Origin: Bacteroidia bacterium
GTDB taxonomy: Bacteria; Bacteroidota; Bacteroidia; NS11-12g; UBA955
Length of the DNA stretch: 39,297 nucleotides
Assembly: GCA_032111345.1 (NCBI GenBank)
Contig: JAULUW010000288.1
Coordinates: 1-39,297, forward strand
Reading direction: 5' to 3'
Positions 16,633-25,730 of the stretch are shown here, one piece after another; position 1 is the first letter of the stretch, and every line of letters begins with the position of its first letter. The position numbers and the translations under genes were made by a program. The notes below the pieces were generated by a model. It ran no database searches, was not told the DNA's origin, and was given only the letters and a program-made list of their open reading frames with translations.

Positions 16633-19493
16633 TAGTATTTTTTTGGGGGAATTTTGGCAGTTGTTTCGGCCAAGAAATTGATTATGGCAAAGAAATAAAC
16701 GAGTTTACTGGCTTAATTTCAAATGTTTCACGTACCACTTATGTCGATGAGTTGGGTAAAATTTGGATTGGTACGGATGCGGGATTAGATGTCTTCCCCA
16801 AAAACAAAGAGGCCGAAAAATCAATTTGTGAGCGCCTTAAATCGGCACAAATTTGGGGTGTTTCGCAACTCAAAAATCAGTTATTTGTGGCTTCATATGA
16901 TTCTGGATTGTTTAAGTTTGACCTTGAAACAGGTGCACTCCTGCAACATTGGGACTTTTCACAAATGCCGCGAATTCGGCGCATCCGCAAAATAAAGGAA
17001 AGCCTGTATATCATTCATGGCGAAGGCATTACCCAAATTACACCCCATCGGGTAATTCCCCTGCTCCGTAAATCCTTATTAGATGTTCTACCCACTGATT
17101 TTCCCACAGAGGTATTTACGATCAACGGACAATTGCATGTAGCATTTTTCGGTAAAAGTATTCCCTATCGACAATTAAAGTCCCAAGAATGGATCCCTCA
17201 TCCCCTTTTTAATACAAAATTGGACGATACGCTTAACCGAATGACGATCAACAGCGCCAAAGAAATCGACGGCCACACGTATCTCGGATTGTTCCCAAAT
17301 CGGTATGTTGATTATTCCCAAACGGGGTACAAAGTCTACACTTTTAAGAGCGCACAACGCAAAAAACTAACGATTCGGGACATCGATGGATATGGAAATA
17401 ACGTTTATTTGGCCTTGGGAAATAATACCGATTCAAGGAATGGGTATTTCTGGAAACACGATCCCAATGGGCCTACACGCATTGAATTAAGGTTGCTCGA
17501 TGAGCGTAAATACGCATGGGGTGTAACAGCAGACCGATTTCATAACGGAGTTTGGTTTTCTACCCTTACAGATGGGGCGTACTTTAAACCTCATTATAAC
17601 CTTTGGATAAGCGTACCCGATGGATATCACGATTTTAGAATTACTTCCAATTATATCATTGCTTGGAATTCCTTTAACGCCTTTATAAGAAGAAAAGACA
17701 GTCCCAATTGGTCGCGTGTTTCAATTTCAGGGAGTTTTAAAGATGTCCTTGAGTATCATGACACCCTATACTTTCTAAACAACACGGGAGTTTCCTATTT
17801 CAATGCTAAAGCAAAACAAATAAATCCCATAGGCAGCGGATATTATGAGTCATTCTGTATACATCAAGATCAAATATATTTATTTCGTTTATTTGGATTA
17901 ACAGATTTATACGACCTCAAAACCCATTCGTTTAAATTTAATCATAACCAAAAAATTGAGCGGATAATACGATTTGCACAAAATGAAGATTTTTTATTGG
18001 TTCAAAGCGAAAATAAAGGTTATTTCCTTTTAGAAAACAATGAACTTTTGGCACTGCGAACCGATTTGCGTTCTGATATTTCCAAGAATAAATTTTTCTT
18101 TTGCGGAAATTTCCTCATTACACAAATTGGTTATGATATTAGAATTTCAACTTTAAATAAGTTCTCAAAAAAAATCAAAACGATTAAAACGATTGATTTG
18201 AAAAAATTATTTCCGAACTTGCCCATTGAATGGATTAATGCATACCAAGGTTCTTTGTGGATGGGAAATAGTTCAAATGCATTTCAATTTAGCATTAACG
18301 AAAAAACCTTTGAATTAGACTTTCATGGTCAATTTTATTTGGGTGCTTCACCTTTAGGTTTTGAACCTATACAGTTAACCCAAGATTATCTGTATAAAAA
18401 AGGAAAGGGTGAAATCATGGTTTTTCCAACAGACAAAAGAAATGCAATTGATTTTCAAACCTATTCCGACTTATCCCTTTCCGGAGCAACCTTTAATTTC
18501 AAGACCATAATTCCGCGTACTTGGGTGGGTCAAACCTTTACATTATTAATTAAAAGTGATAATTATTTTTACAATCAATACGGCCGACAACCCATAGAAA
18601 TTTGGGGCTCAAGCAATTTCATTGAACGGAAATTTATTCGAATAGATGAGCCTTATGTCTTCGATAATTTCCCACATGGCGTTTATAAAATTCAAGTAGG
18701 CCCTGAAAAAGGCAGACAAAATTTGCTATTTCGCATTCAAAAGGGCGTATTTTATAACCTTGGCTTTTGGGTAGTTCTGATCCTCACCCTGTTTCTTTTG
18801 GGATATGTTTCCTTCCAATATCAACGAGAGAAATTATCGATGAATCAAAAAATAATAAGTTTACAATTGAGTACGTTAAAATCAAATCTCAACCCGCATT
18901 TTATATTTAATATAATGAATTTAATTCAAGCATTGATTGTAAAATCCGAGAAAACAAAGGCCCTCAAAGCAACAAGTAAATTAGCCACACTAAATCGCAT
19001 GTTTTTGGAAACTTCCAATAAAGATTTAATTTCTTTGGCGGAAGAACTTGATTTTGCGGATAAATATATGAATTTAGAACGGATGCGTTTTGAAGACGAT
19101 GCCACTATTACCTTTGAAATCGTCCACGAACCCCATATCAACCCCCGTGAATGGTATCTTCCCCCATTGATTTTACAACCGCTCTTGGAAAATGCCCTCA
19201 AATATGGTCGGTTTGAAGATTACAACGAACCGAATACGATCAAAGTTTCCATTAGTACCGTCGATAATTATAAATTGTACATCAACATTGCCAACCCCGT
19301 TGCAAAAAAAGCGACCAAATCCAGCAGTACCAACCTAGGTATATCCTTAGTAAAAGACCGAATCGCATTATTAAACGAAAGGTATCCATCTGATTATCGC
19401 GCCCATTTCCGGACTTTTTTAAACGAGGATCTCACTTTTGTGGCTCAAATAACCATTGAAAAACTGAATATTGCCTGGATGTTTGATAAATAA
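16563..19493 (+). CDS. Sensor histidine kinase: periplasmic beta-propeller/Y_Y_Y-type sensor plus LytS/YehU-type kinase core
   Basis: Signal-like LPILFLIVFFWGNFGSCFGQ, then a long repeat-rich extracytoplasmic region (IWIGTDAGLDVF, VASYDSGLFKFD) and the TM segment FWVVLILTLFLLGYVSF. The kinase core shows NPHFIFNIMN (H-box) and LILQPLLENALKYG (N-box). The ATG start overlaps the regulator gene by 70 nt, so the true start may be a downstream non-ATG codon. Confidence 0.85.
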   Translation: MLKKRSPNSPFKNRKKTLPILFLIVFFWGNFGSCFGQEIDYGKEINEFTGLISNVSRTTYVDELGKIWIGTDAGLDVFPKNKEAEKSICERLKSAQIWGVSQLKNQLFVASYDSGLFKFDLETGALLQHWDFSQMPRIRRIRKIKESLYIIHGEGITQITPHRVIPLLRKSLLDVLPTDFPTEVFTINGQLHVAFFGKSIPYRQLKSQEWIPHPLFNTKLDDTLNRMTINSAKEIDGHTYLGLFPNRYVDYSQTGYKVYTFKSAQRKKLTIRDIDGYGNNVYLALGNNTDSRNGYFWKHDPNGPTRIELRLLDERKYAWGVTADRFHNGVWFSTLTDGAYFKPHYNLWISVPDGYHDFRITSNYIIAWNSFNAFIRRKDSPNWSRVSISGSFKDVLEYHDTLYFLNNTGVSYFNAKAKQINPIGSGYYESFCIHQDQIYLFRLFGLTDLYDLKTHSFKFNHNQKIERIIRFAQNEDFLLVQSENKGYFLLENNELLALRTDLRSDISKNKFFFCGNFLITQIGYDIRISTLNKFSKKIKTIKTIDLKKLFPNLPIEWINAYQGSLWMGNSSNAFQFSINEKTFELDFHGQFYLGASPLGFEPIQLTQDYLYKKGKGEIMVFPTDKRNAIDFQTYSDLSLSGATFNFKTIIPRTWVGQTFTLLIKSDNYFYNQYGRQPIEIWGSSNFIERKFIRIDEPYVFDNFPHGVYKIQVGPEKGRQNLLFRIQKGVFYNLGFWVVLILTLFLLGYVSFQYQREKLSMNQKIISLQLSTLKSNLNPHFIFNIMNLIQALIVKSEKTKALKATSKLATLNRMFLETSNKDLISLAEELDFADKYMNLERMRFEDDATITFEIVHEPHINPREWYLPPLILQPLLENALKYGRFEDYNEPNTIKVSISTVDNYKLYINIANPVAKKATKSSSTNLGISLVKDRIALLNERYPSDYRAHFRTFLNEDLTFVAQITIEKLNIAWMFDK

Positions 19494-19862
19494 GTCACTT
19501 GAAAGAGTTAAACTGGCGTTTATTGCTATTTGTTGATTCCCACAATAAAATAGAGGGCGCCAATTCGACAAACGCGATTTGATTTTTCAAGTCGCCTATT
19601 GTGGATAAGCAACACCGCCCCATAAAAAAATCAGGGCCATTCAAACCTAACAAAGTCCCCCTTATCCGGTGCATAACTTGTTAATTTGCATCTGCCAATA
19701 TCCAATTGCCAATTCACATCTGCGGCGATACCTTTATTTAAACGTGTTTCGTGAATTAGATCACTTTGTGAAACACCCTCAACAATAGTTCATAATTTGG
19801 TAACATTCCCTTATTAAGGTTGATGTTAATTTGTAGCACCAAAAAAAAATCATTTTAACACA

Positions 19863-22800
19863 ATGAAAAAACTAATCCTTTCTTTATTCGCAGCTTGTTT
19901 GAGTGCATTCAGCATGGCACAGGTTACGAATTCTTCAATTGGGGGTACCATTACGGATAATGGTGTTGCCGTTGAAGATGCAAAAATCAACTTGGTGCTT
20001 ACAACCACCAATGCAAAGTACAAAACCAATACCCGTGTGGGTGGGGGTTACGATATTTTTAACGTGCAAGCAGGGGGACCCTATACGCTTACCGTTACTG
20101 CTTCAAAAACCATAAGCATTGATAATATTTACTTGGTTTTAGGAGAGAATTTCAAGTTGGATTTAGACTTGAGTGCAAGCAGTGAAAAATTATCTGAAAT
20201 ATCTATTGTTTCAAACAGAAACTCTGGTACCAAAACAGGTTCCAACTTAAACCTTTCTAAAGAACAGTTGAACACCTTACCAACCATCGCCCGTTCCATC
20301 GATGATTTTACCAAATTTACTCCTCAAGCCGGCGGAAACAACAGTTTCAACGGTCGCGACGGTCGTTTCAATAACATTACTATCGACGGTGCGAACTTCA
20401 ATAACAACTTCGGTTTGAGTACCAATAACCTTCCCGGTGGAGATGCACAACCTATTTCCTTAGATGCAATTGAAGCCGTTCAGGTAAACGTTTCTCCCTA
20501 CGATGTGCGTCAAAGTAATTTCACCGGTGCCGGTGTAAATGCGATCACCCGCAGTGGTTCTAACAAAACAGAAGGTTCTGTGTACACATTCATGCGTAAC
20601 GAATCTTTGAACGGAACCAAAATTGGAGATGTAACTCTTGAAGATTTGCCTGCTACTTCTTCTAATATTTATGGTTTCCGCGTTGGTGGTGCCTTAGTTA
20701 AAGACAAAGTTTTCTATTTTGCCAATGCCGAATACGAAAGTACTTCTAAGCCAGGTCTCCTTTGGAAATCCGCTCAAGATGGTGTAGACCCTGCAGATCC
20801 AAACTCTTCCCGTGTTTTGAAATCCGATCTTGAAGCCGTAAGCAAACATCTCAAAGATAAATACGGTTACGAAACCGGTGGTTTCGAAGACTTAGGAAAT
20901 TTCAGTACACGTAACTATAAAATATTAGGTCGCATTGACTGGAATATCAACGACATACACAAATTAAGTGCGCGTTACAACTACGTAAAAAGCAATAACG
21001 ACCAAATCACCAACGGTACATCCGCTCCAAATCCTCGTTCTGCCTCTAACCGTTGGAGTAACAATGCAATGAGCTACGAGAATTCTTTGTATTCCTTCGA
21101 AAACACCGTTAGTTCTCTTTCTTTGGAATTAAAAAGTAACTTAAACAGCCGCATGAGCAACCAATTATTGGTAACTGCTACCAACGTGGTAGATGCTCGC
21201 GGTACAGGAAGCGAACCTTTCCCCTTTGTAGATATTAAAAAAGAAGGTGACCAATACATTTCTTTTGGATATGAATTGTTTAGTTGGAATAATAAAGTAG
21301 TCAATAACACCTATTCTTTGATTGATAACTTTACGTACAATACCAAACAACATACCTTAACCGCGGGTATTGCTTACGATCAAATGTATGTAGGAAATAA
21401 CTTCATGCGTTATGGAACCAGCTACTACCGCTACGATTCTTTATCACAGTTCTTGAACAACGAACAACCTTCTGTTTTCGCCGCTACTTACGGGTATAAT
21501 GGCAATAACAATCCCATCGCGGAGATGGGCTTTGGTCAAGCTGCTGCTTACGTTCAAGACGAATACCGCTTGAATCGCCAATTGAAATTAATCGGTGGAT
21601 TGCGGGTTGACGTTCCTATTTATTTAACCGAAGCTACTGCAAATGCGGGTTTCAGCACCTTTGCGGATGCAAGTACCACTCCTTTCAAAAATGCAGATGG
21701 AACTGAAGCCTTCGCATACGATCCTTCAAAATGGCCAACTGCTAAGCCTTTATGGTCCCCTCGCTTAGGTGTTAATTACGATATAAATGGTGATAAATCT
21801 ATGATTGTACGCGGTGGAACCGGTATCTTCACAGGCCGCTTGCCTTTCGTTTGGTACACCAACCAAGTTACCAATGCGTATGGCTTACAATCTACTATTG
21901 AATTAGACACTAAAGCAGAATTAGACCAATATGGCATTTCTCAATTTAATCCACAATGGGATGGCAATTTTGGTGAATTTCCTTCTGAACCTGCAGCCTT
22001 GCCTTCTTCTGGAGGATCTTACGCATTGGTAGATCCTAACTTCAATTTCCCCCAAGTTTGGAGAACCAGCATCGGTTTTGACTACAAATTACCTTATGAC
22101 ATCGACTTCACCGCAGATATCATCTATACCAAATCTTTGAATGATATTTACCAGTTCGACGCGAATATGGCGCCTTCTGATACCCTTTTATTCGCCGGTA
22201 CAGATTGGGAACGCGCGGGTTACACCAAGTCTGCCGCTCGTTTTAACAACTCTAAAGTGCGTAACGCTATTGTAATGAGCAATACCAACCAAGGTCAAGG
22301 TTTCAGCGCTTCTTTTACGTTGAAGAAAGACTTCCATAACGGATTAGACCTTTTTGTAAGTTATTCTTATAACAACACCATGGACATCACTGCGAATCCA
22401 GGATCTCAAGCTGCTTCTGCTTTTACCAACAACCCAATTATTGGTAATGCAATTGGCCAAAACCAAAATACTCCTTATTTGGCACAGTCGCAGTTTGCAA
22501 CGCCACACCGTGTAGTAGGTGCAATCTCTTACACCAAAGAATATGCGAAAAACTTCGCTACTACCGTAACCTTAAGTTACGAAGGGTTCAACGCGGGTCG
22601 CTTTAGCTATGTGTATTCTACAGATCTTAACAACGATGGAATTTCTAATAACGATCTTCTTTTCATACATAAGTCTTCGGATATCACATTTAAAGAATAC
22701 AAGGTGGGACAAACTACCTTTACGGCTGATGAACAAGCTGCAGCTTGGGATGCATACGTGGAACAAGATGCCTATTTGAGCAAAAACGTTGGCAACTTCG

Positions 22801-23120
22801 CCGATCGCAACGCTGCCTTATTCCCTTGGTTGCACCGTTTTAACTTGGCTATCTACCAAGATCTATTCAAGAAAATTGGAAGCACCAACCACAAATTGCA
22901 ATTGAGTGCCAACATCTTAAATGTGGGCAATATGATCAATTCCAATTGGGGTATTGCACAACGTTTAACCGTAAACAACGGTGCCGTTTTGCGTTCAAAC
23001 ACCGATGGAACATACCAATTCAATGCTGTTAGTGGCGCATTGCCAACGACTACGTTCACCGACATTACCAGCACATCTACCACTTGGGGTGCACAAATTG
23101 GTGTTCGTTACTTATTCTAA
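19863..23120 (+). CDS. TonB-dependent outer-membrane receptor, Oar-like (N-terminal carboxypeptidase-regulatory-like domain)
   Basis: Signal peptide MKKLILSLFAACLSAFSMAQ, a CarboxypepD_reg-like segment (GGTITDNGVAVEDAKI), a plug region (ITIDGANFNN) and a long beta-barrel ending in the OMP-type C-terminus GVRYLF. Confidence 0.88.
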   Translation: MKKLILSLFAACLSAFSMAQVTNSSIGGTITDNGVAVEDAKINLVLTTTNAKYKTNTRVGGGYDIFNVQAGGPYTLTVTASKTISIDNIYLVLGENFKLDLDLSASSEKLSEISIVSNRNSGTKTGSNLNLSKEQLNTLPTIARSIDDFTKFTPQAGGNNSFNGRDGRFNNITIDGANFNNNFGLSTNNLPGGDAQPISLDAIEAVQVNVSPYDVRQSNFTGAGVNAITRSGSNKTEGSVYTFMRNESLNGTKIGDVTLEDLPATSSNIYGFRVGGALVKDKVFYFANAEYESTSKPGLLWKSAQDGVDPADPNSSRVLKSDLEAVSKHLKDKYGYETGGFEDLGNFSTRNYKILGRIDWNINDIHKLSARYNYVKSNNDQITNGTSAPNPRSASNRWSNNAMSYENSLYSFENTVSSLSLELKSNLNSRMSNQLLVTATNVVDARGTGSEPFPFVDIKKEGDQYISFGYELFSWNNKVVNNTYSLIDNFTYNTKQHTLTAGIAYDQMYVGNNFMRYGTSYYRYDSLSQFLNNEQPSVFAATYGYNGNNNPIAEMGFGQAAAYVQDEYRLNRQLKLIGGLRVDVPIYLTEATANAGFSTFADASTTPFKNADGTEAFAYDPSKWPTAKPLWSPRLGVNYDINGDKSMIVRGGTGIFTGRLPFVWYTNQVTNAYGLQSTIELDTKAELDQYGISQFNPQWDGNFGEFPSEPAALPSSGGSYALVDPNFNFPQVWRTSIGFDYKLPYDIDFTADIIYTKSLNDIYQFDANMAPSDTLLFAGTDWERAGYTKSAARFNNSKVRNAIVMSNTNQGQGFSASFTLKKDFHNGLDLFVSYSYNNTMDITANPGSQAASAFTNNPIIGNAIGQNQNTPYLAQSQFATPHRVVGAISYTKEYAKNFATTVTLSYEGFNAGRFSYVYSTDLNNDGISNNDLLFIHKSSDITFKEYKVGQTTFTADEQAAAWDAYVEQDAYLSKNVGNFADRNAALFPWLHRFNLAIYQDLFKKIGSTNHKLQLSANILNVGNMINSNWGIAQRLTVNNGAVLRSNTDGTYQFNAVSGALPTTTFTDITSTSTTWGAQIGVRYLF

Positions 23121-23143
23121 AACGAATCCTTTTTAGGAATTTC

Positions 23144-23179
23144 AAAAGGCCAGCTCCTCGAGCTGGCCTTTTGCTTTTT
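23144..23179 (+). terminator. Rho-independent terminator of the TonB-dependent receptor gene
   Basis: Stem ggccagctc (23148-23156) pairs with gagctggcc (23160-23168) around a 3-nt loop, followed by ttttgcttttt. Confidence 0.85.
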
Positions 23180-23408
23180 GGGGAAATTATGCCTAAGCTA
23201 TTCCTTAACTGAATTGGAACAATTTATTAAGATGCAACAATTTACCCTGCTACCCATCAGCTCGCAATCCCTCACCATCCTACTAAAATTGCCTTTTTTT
23301 CATCGCGATCCTTTTGATCGATATCTCGTGGCGGAAGCCCTTGCTCATGAATTGGTACTGATCAGCGACGACCTTCAGATTCAACCTTATTTTAATATTT
23401 CCCTTTAA
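23178..23408 (+). pseudogene. Remnant of a PIN-domain (VapC-type) toxin gene, C-terminal half only
   Basis: The translation ...FTLLPISSQSLTILLKLPFFHRDPFDRYLVAEALAHELVLISDDLQIQPY matches the conserved C-terminal half of COG3744-type PIN nucleases (LP.HHRDPFDR.LIAQA). The N-terminal ~65 aa with the first catalytic Asp is absent, and no antitoxin ORF lies upstream. The ORF begins directly after the receptor terminator. Confidence 0.6.
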
Positions 23409-23465
23409 AATTCCCATAAAATCAATTGAAAGGCAAAACACTGCCCGAATCCCAACGCTTCGATG

Positions 23466-23473
23466 TAAATTTG
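23466..23473 (+). promoter_or_regulatory. Candidate -7 promoter box (TAAATTTG) for surE
   Basis: Exact TAnnTTTG ending 4 nt upstream of the surE ATG at 23478. This implies a leaderless or near-leaderless transcript. Confidence 0.35.
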
Positions 23474-23477
23474 TAGT

Positions 23478-24257
23478 ATGTCAGATTCTAAACCCCTGAT
23501 TCTTATTAGCAACGACGACGGCATCACCGCTCCTGGAATTACCGCACTTATTGATGTAATGAAAGAACTCGGCGATGTAATTGTTGTAGCGCCGGATAAA
23601 CCCCAAAGTGCGATGGGACATGCCATTACCATCAATCAACCTATACGCATTACCAAAGTCGATATGCATGAAGGCGTAACCGCCTACCAATGTACCGGAA
23701 CTCCAGTAGATTGCGTGAAATTGGCGATCGATCAAATTTTACCGCGCAGACCCGACCTCATGGTTTCGGGAATCAATCACGGCGCCAATTCCTCGATCAA
23801 CGTCATCTATTCAGGCACCATGTCGGCAGCCATGGAAGCAGCCATTGACGGCATGACGGCTATCGGTTTTTCCCTTTGTGACTATGCTTGGGATGCCGAT
23901 TTTGAGAGTATCAAACCCTTTATCCGACAAATTGCAAAAGAAACCCTAAAGCGCGGACTTCCCTACGGAACGCTATTGAACGTAAATATTCCCGTTCCTG
24001 AAGATAAAACAATCAAAGGCTTTAAAGTATGCCGACAAGCACAAGCAAAATGGAAGGAAGATTTTGAAGAACGTAAGGACCCCTTCAAACGCTCTTATTA
24101 TTGGATGACCGGTCAGTTCGTAAACATGGATAAAGGTCAAGATACCGATATTTGGGCGCTCGACAATGGATATATTTCTGTAGTTCCTACCCAATTTGAT
24201 CTTACCGACCACAACCGTATTGCCTTAATCAATCAATGGAATCTGCATGAAAGCTAA
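23478..24257 (+). CDS. surE: 5'/3'-nucleotidase SurE
   Basis: ILISNDDGITAPGI at the N-terminus plus SGINHGANSS and YSGTMSAAMEA are SurE signatures. The 259-aa length fits. Confidence 0.92.
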   Translation: MSDSKPLILISNDDGITAPGITALIDVMKELGDVIVVAPDKPQSAMGHAITINQPIRITKVDMHEGVTAYQCTGTPVDCVKLAIDQILPRRPDLMVSGINHGANSSINVIYSGTMSAAMEAAIDGMTAIGFSLCDYAWDADFESIKPFIRQIAKETLKRGLPYGTLLNVNIPVPEDKTIKGFKVCRQAQAKWKEDFEERKDPFKRSYYWMTGQFVNMDKGQDTDIWALDNGYISVVPTQFDLTDHNRIALINQWNLHES

Positions 24258-24543
24258 TCCCTTACATATTTTTTTCGGATTGATGCTGGCTTGCATCAAT
24301 GCCCTATTAATCGGCATTATTGTTGCTTATTTCCAGGGAATTAAACCCGACAATTTCATTTGGGCGGTCTTTAATTTATCTGCGGCTTACAATACCTCAT
24401 TCCAAGTGGGGGTAGCTGCCAATATTGGAATTTTCTTCTTATTGCTCAAACGCGATACCCTCATTTTTTGGGCACGCGGCTGGATGGTTGGAACCATGAT
24501 TGCGGCCACCGTGGCCATCGTGCGTATTACCCAAGGATTTTAA
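24247..24543 (+). CDS. Hypothetical small membrane protein (3 TM helices)
   Basis: 98-aa hydrophobic ORF overlapping the surE stop by 11 nt. No family was recognised. Confidence 0.5.
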   Translation: MKANPLHIFFGLMLACINALLIGIIVAYFQGIKPDNFIWAVFNLSAAYNTSFQVGVAANIGIFFLLLKRDTLIFWARGWMVGTMIAATVAIVRITQGF

Positions 24544-24628
24544 CCGACTTTGATTCCGACGCAATACCCGCTTTCATAGATGCCTCTCGTTTAATCTCCA
24601 ATACCCACTCTAAATATCTACATCCGTC

Positions 24629-25726
24629 ATGCGTCTTGATAGTCCTCTTTTAAACAGAAATCCAGATACTCCCCAACGGGTATTTCTGCTTGCGGGTGAA
24701 GCCAGTGGCGACGAACATGGAGCAGCGCTTATACTAGAATTAAAGCGCCGATATACACAATGGAAATTGGTTTGCTGGGGCGGCGATAAAATGGAAGCTG
24801 CCGGAGCCCGACTTTTATCGCATTATAAAAACCGCAATATCATGGGCTTGGTGGAGGTGATTAAAAATATCCGCACCCTAAAAGGTTTTATGGAACAGGC
24901 CAAGGCCGATATCCTGCAAGAAAAACCCGACCTGTTGATCTGCATCGACAATCCCGGATTCAACCTGCCCCTTGCAAAATTCGCCAAAAGCCAAGGCATA
25001 GAAGTCATTTGGTATATCGCGCCTAAGGCCTGGGCTTGGAACACCCGACGGATCAAAACCATGAAAAAGGTTATCGATTCGCTCTTGGTGATTTTTCCAT
25101 TTGAAGTCGCATTTTTCGCAAAATACGGCATGCCTTCTGTTTACGTGGGAAATCCGACGGCCAAAGCCGTTAACACCTATTTAAAATCAGAGCCTGAGCT
25201 CATTTCTAATACCAAAACCATTGCACTTTTACCCGGATCGAGGCCCGCAGAAGTACGCAGCTTAATGCCAAATTTCATCAAAGCCGTACGCCAATATGAA
25301 AAGGATCAGCTACATATATGTGTGGCGGGTGCCCCCAGTTTATCGCGAGAATTTTACGAAAAAGTTTTGCAAGAATCGCAACTCGAAGCTGAAATCGTTT
25401 TCAACAAAACCTTCGATCTCTTGCATACAGCGGCTCAAACGGGTGGATACGCCTTGGTAGCAAGTGGCACGGCCACCTTAGAAACGGCATTGATCGGATG
25501 TCCGCAATTGGTAGCTTATAAGGTAAGTCCCCTCACCTATTTTGCGGGAAAAAGCATCCTCAAAATTCAATATGTAAGCTTGGTCAACATCTTATTGGGC
25601 CGACCTGCGGTGCAAGAATTGCTTCAAGATGTAAGTGTAGCGCGTTTGATACAAGGCATTAGGGAAATAGAGGGCAATAGCACCCAATTGCGCGAGGAGT
25701 TGAGGGAACTTTTGGGTGCGGGGTAG
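24629..25726 (+). CDS. lpxB: Lipid-A-disaccharide synthase
   Basis: The LLAGEASGDEHGA N-terminal motif, IDNPGFNL, YYIAPKAWAW-like YIAPKAWAWN, LLPGSR and ASGTATLE are all LpxB hallmarks. Confidence 0.9.
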   Translation: MRLDSPLLNRNPDTPQRVFLLAGEASGDEHGAALILELKRRYTQWKLVCWGGDKMEAAGARLLSHYKNRNIMGLVEVIKNIRTLKGFMEQAKADILQEKPDLLICIDNPGFNLPLAKFAKSQGIEVIWYIAPKAWAWNTRRIKTMKKVIDSLLVIFPFEVAFFAKYGMPSVYVGNPTAKAVNTYLKSEPELISNTKTIALLPGSRPAEVRSLMPNFIKAVRQYEKDQLHICVAGAPSLSREFYEKVLQESQLEAEIVFNKTFDLLHTAAQTGGYALVASGTATLETALIGCPQLVAYKVSPLTYFAGKSILKIQYVSLVNILLGRPAVQELLQDVSVARLIQGIREIEGNSTQLREELRELLGAG

Positions 25727-25730
25727 TTTA

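Noticed and set aside
19494-19862. Possible cobalamin, TPP or other riboswitch ahead of the TonB-dependent receptor
   Set aside because: I could not find a B12-box-like element, the TPP CUGAGA/ACCUGA core or another conserved riboswitch core by eye. The receptor is Oar-like rather than BtuB-like.
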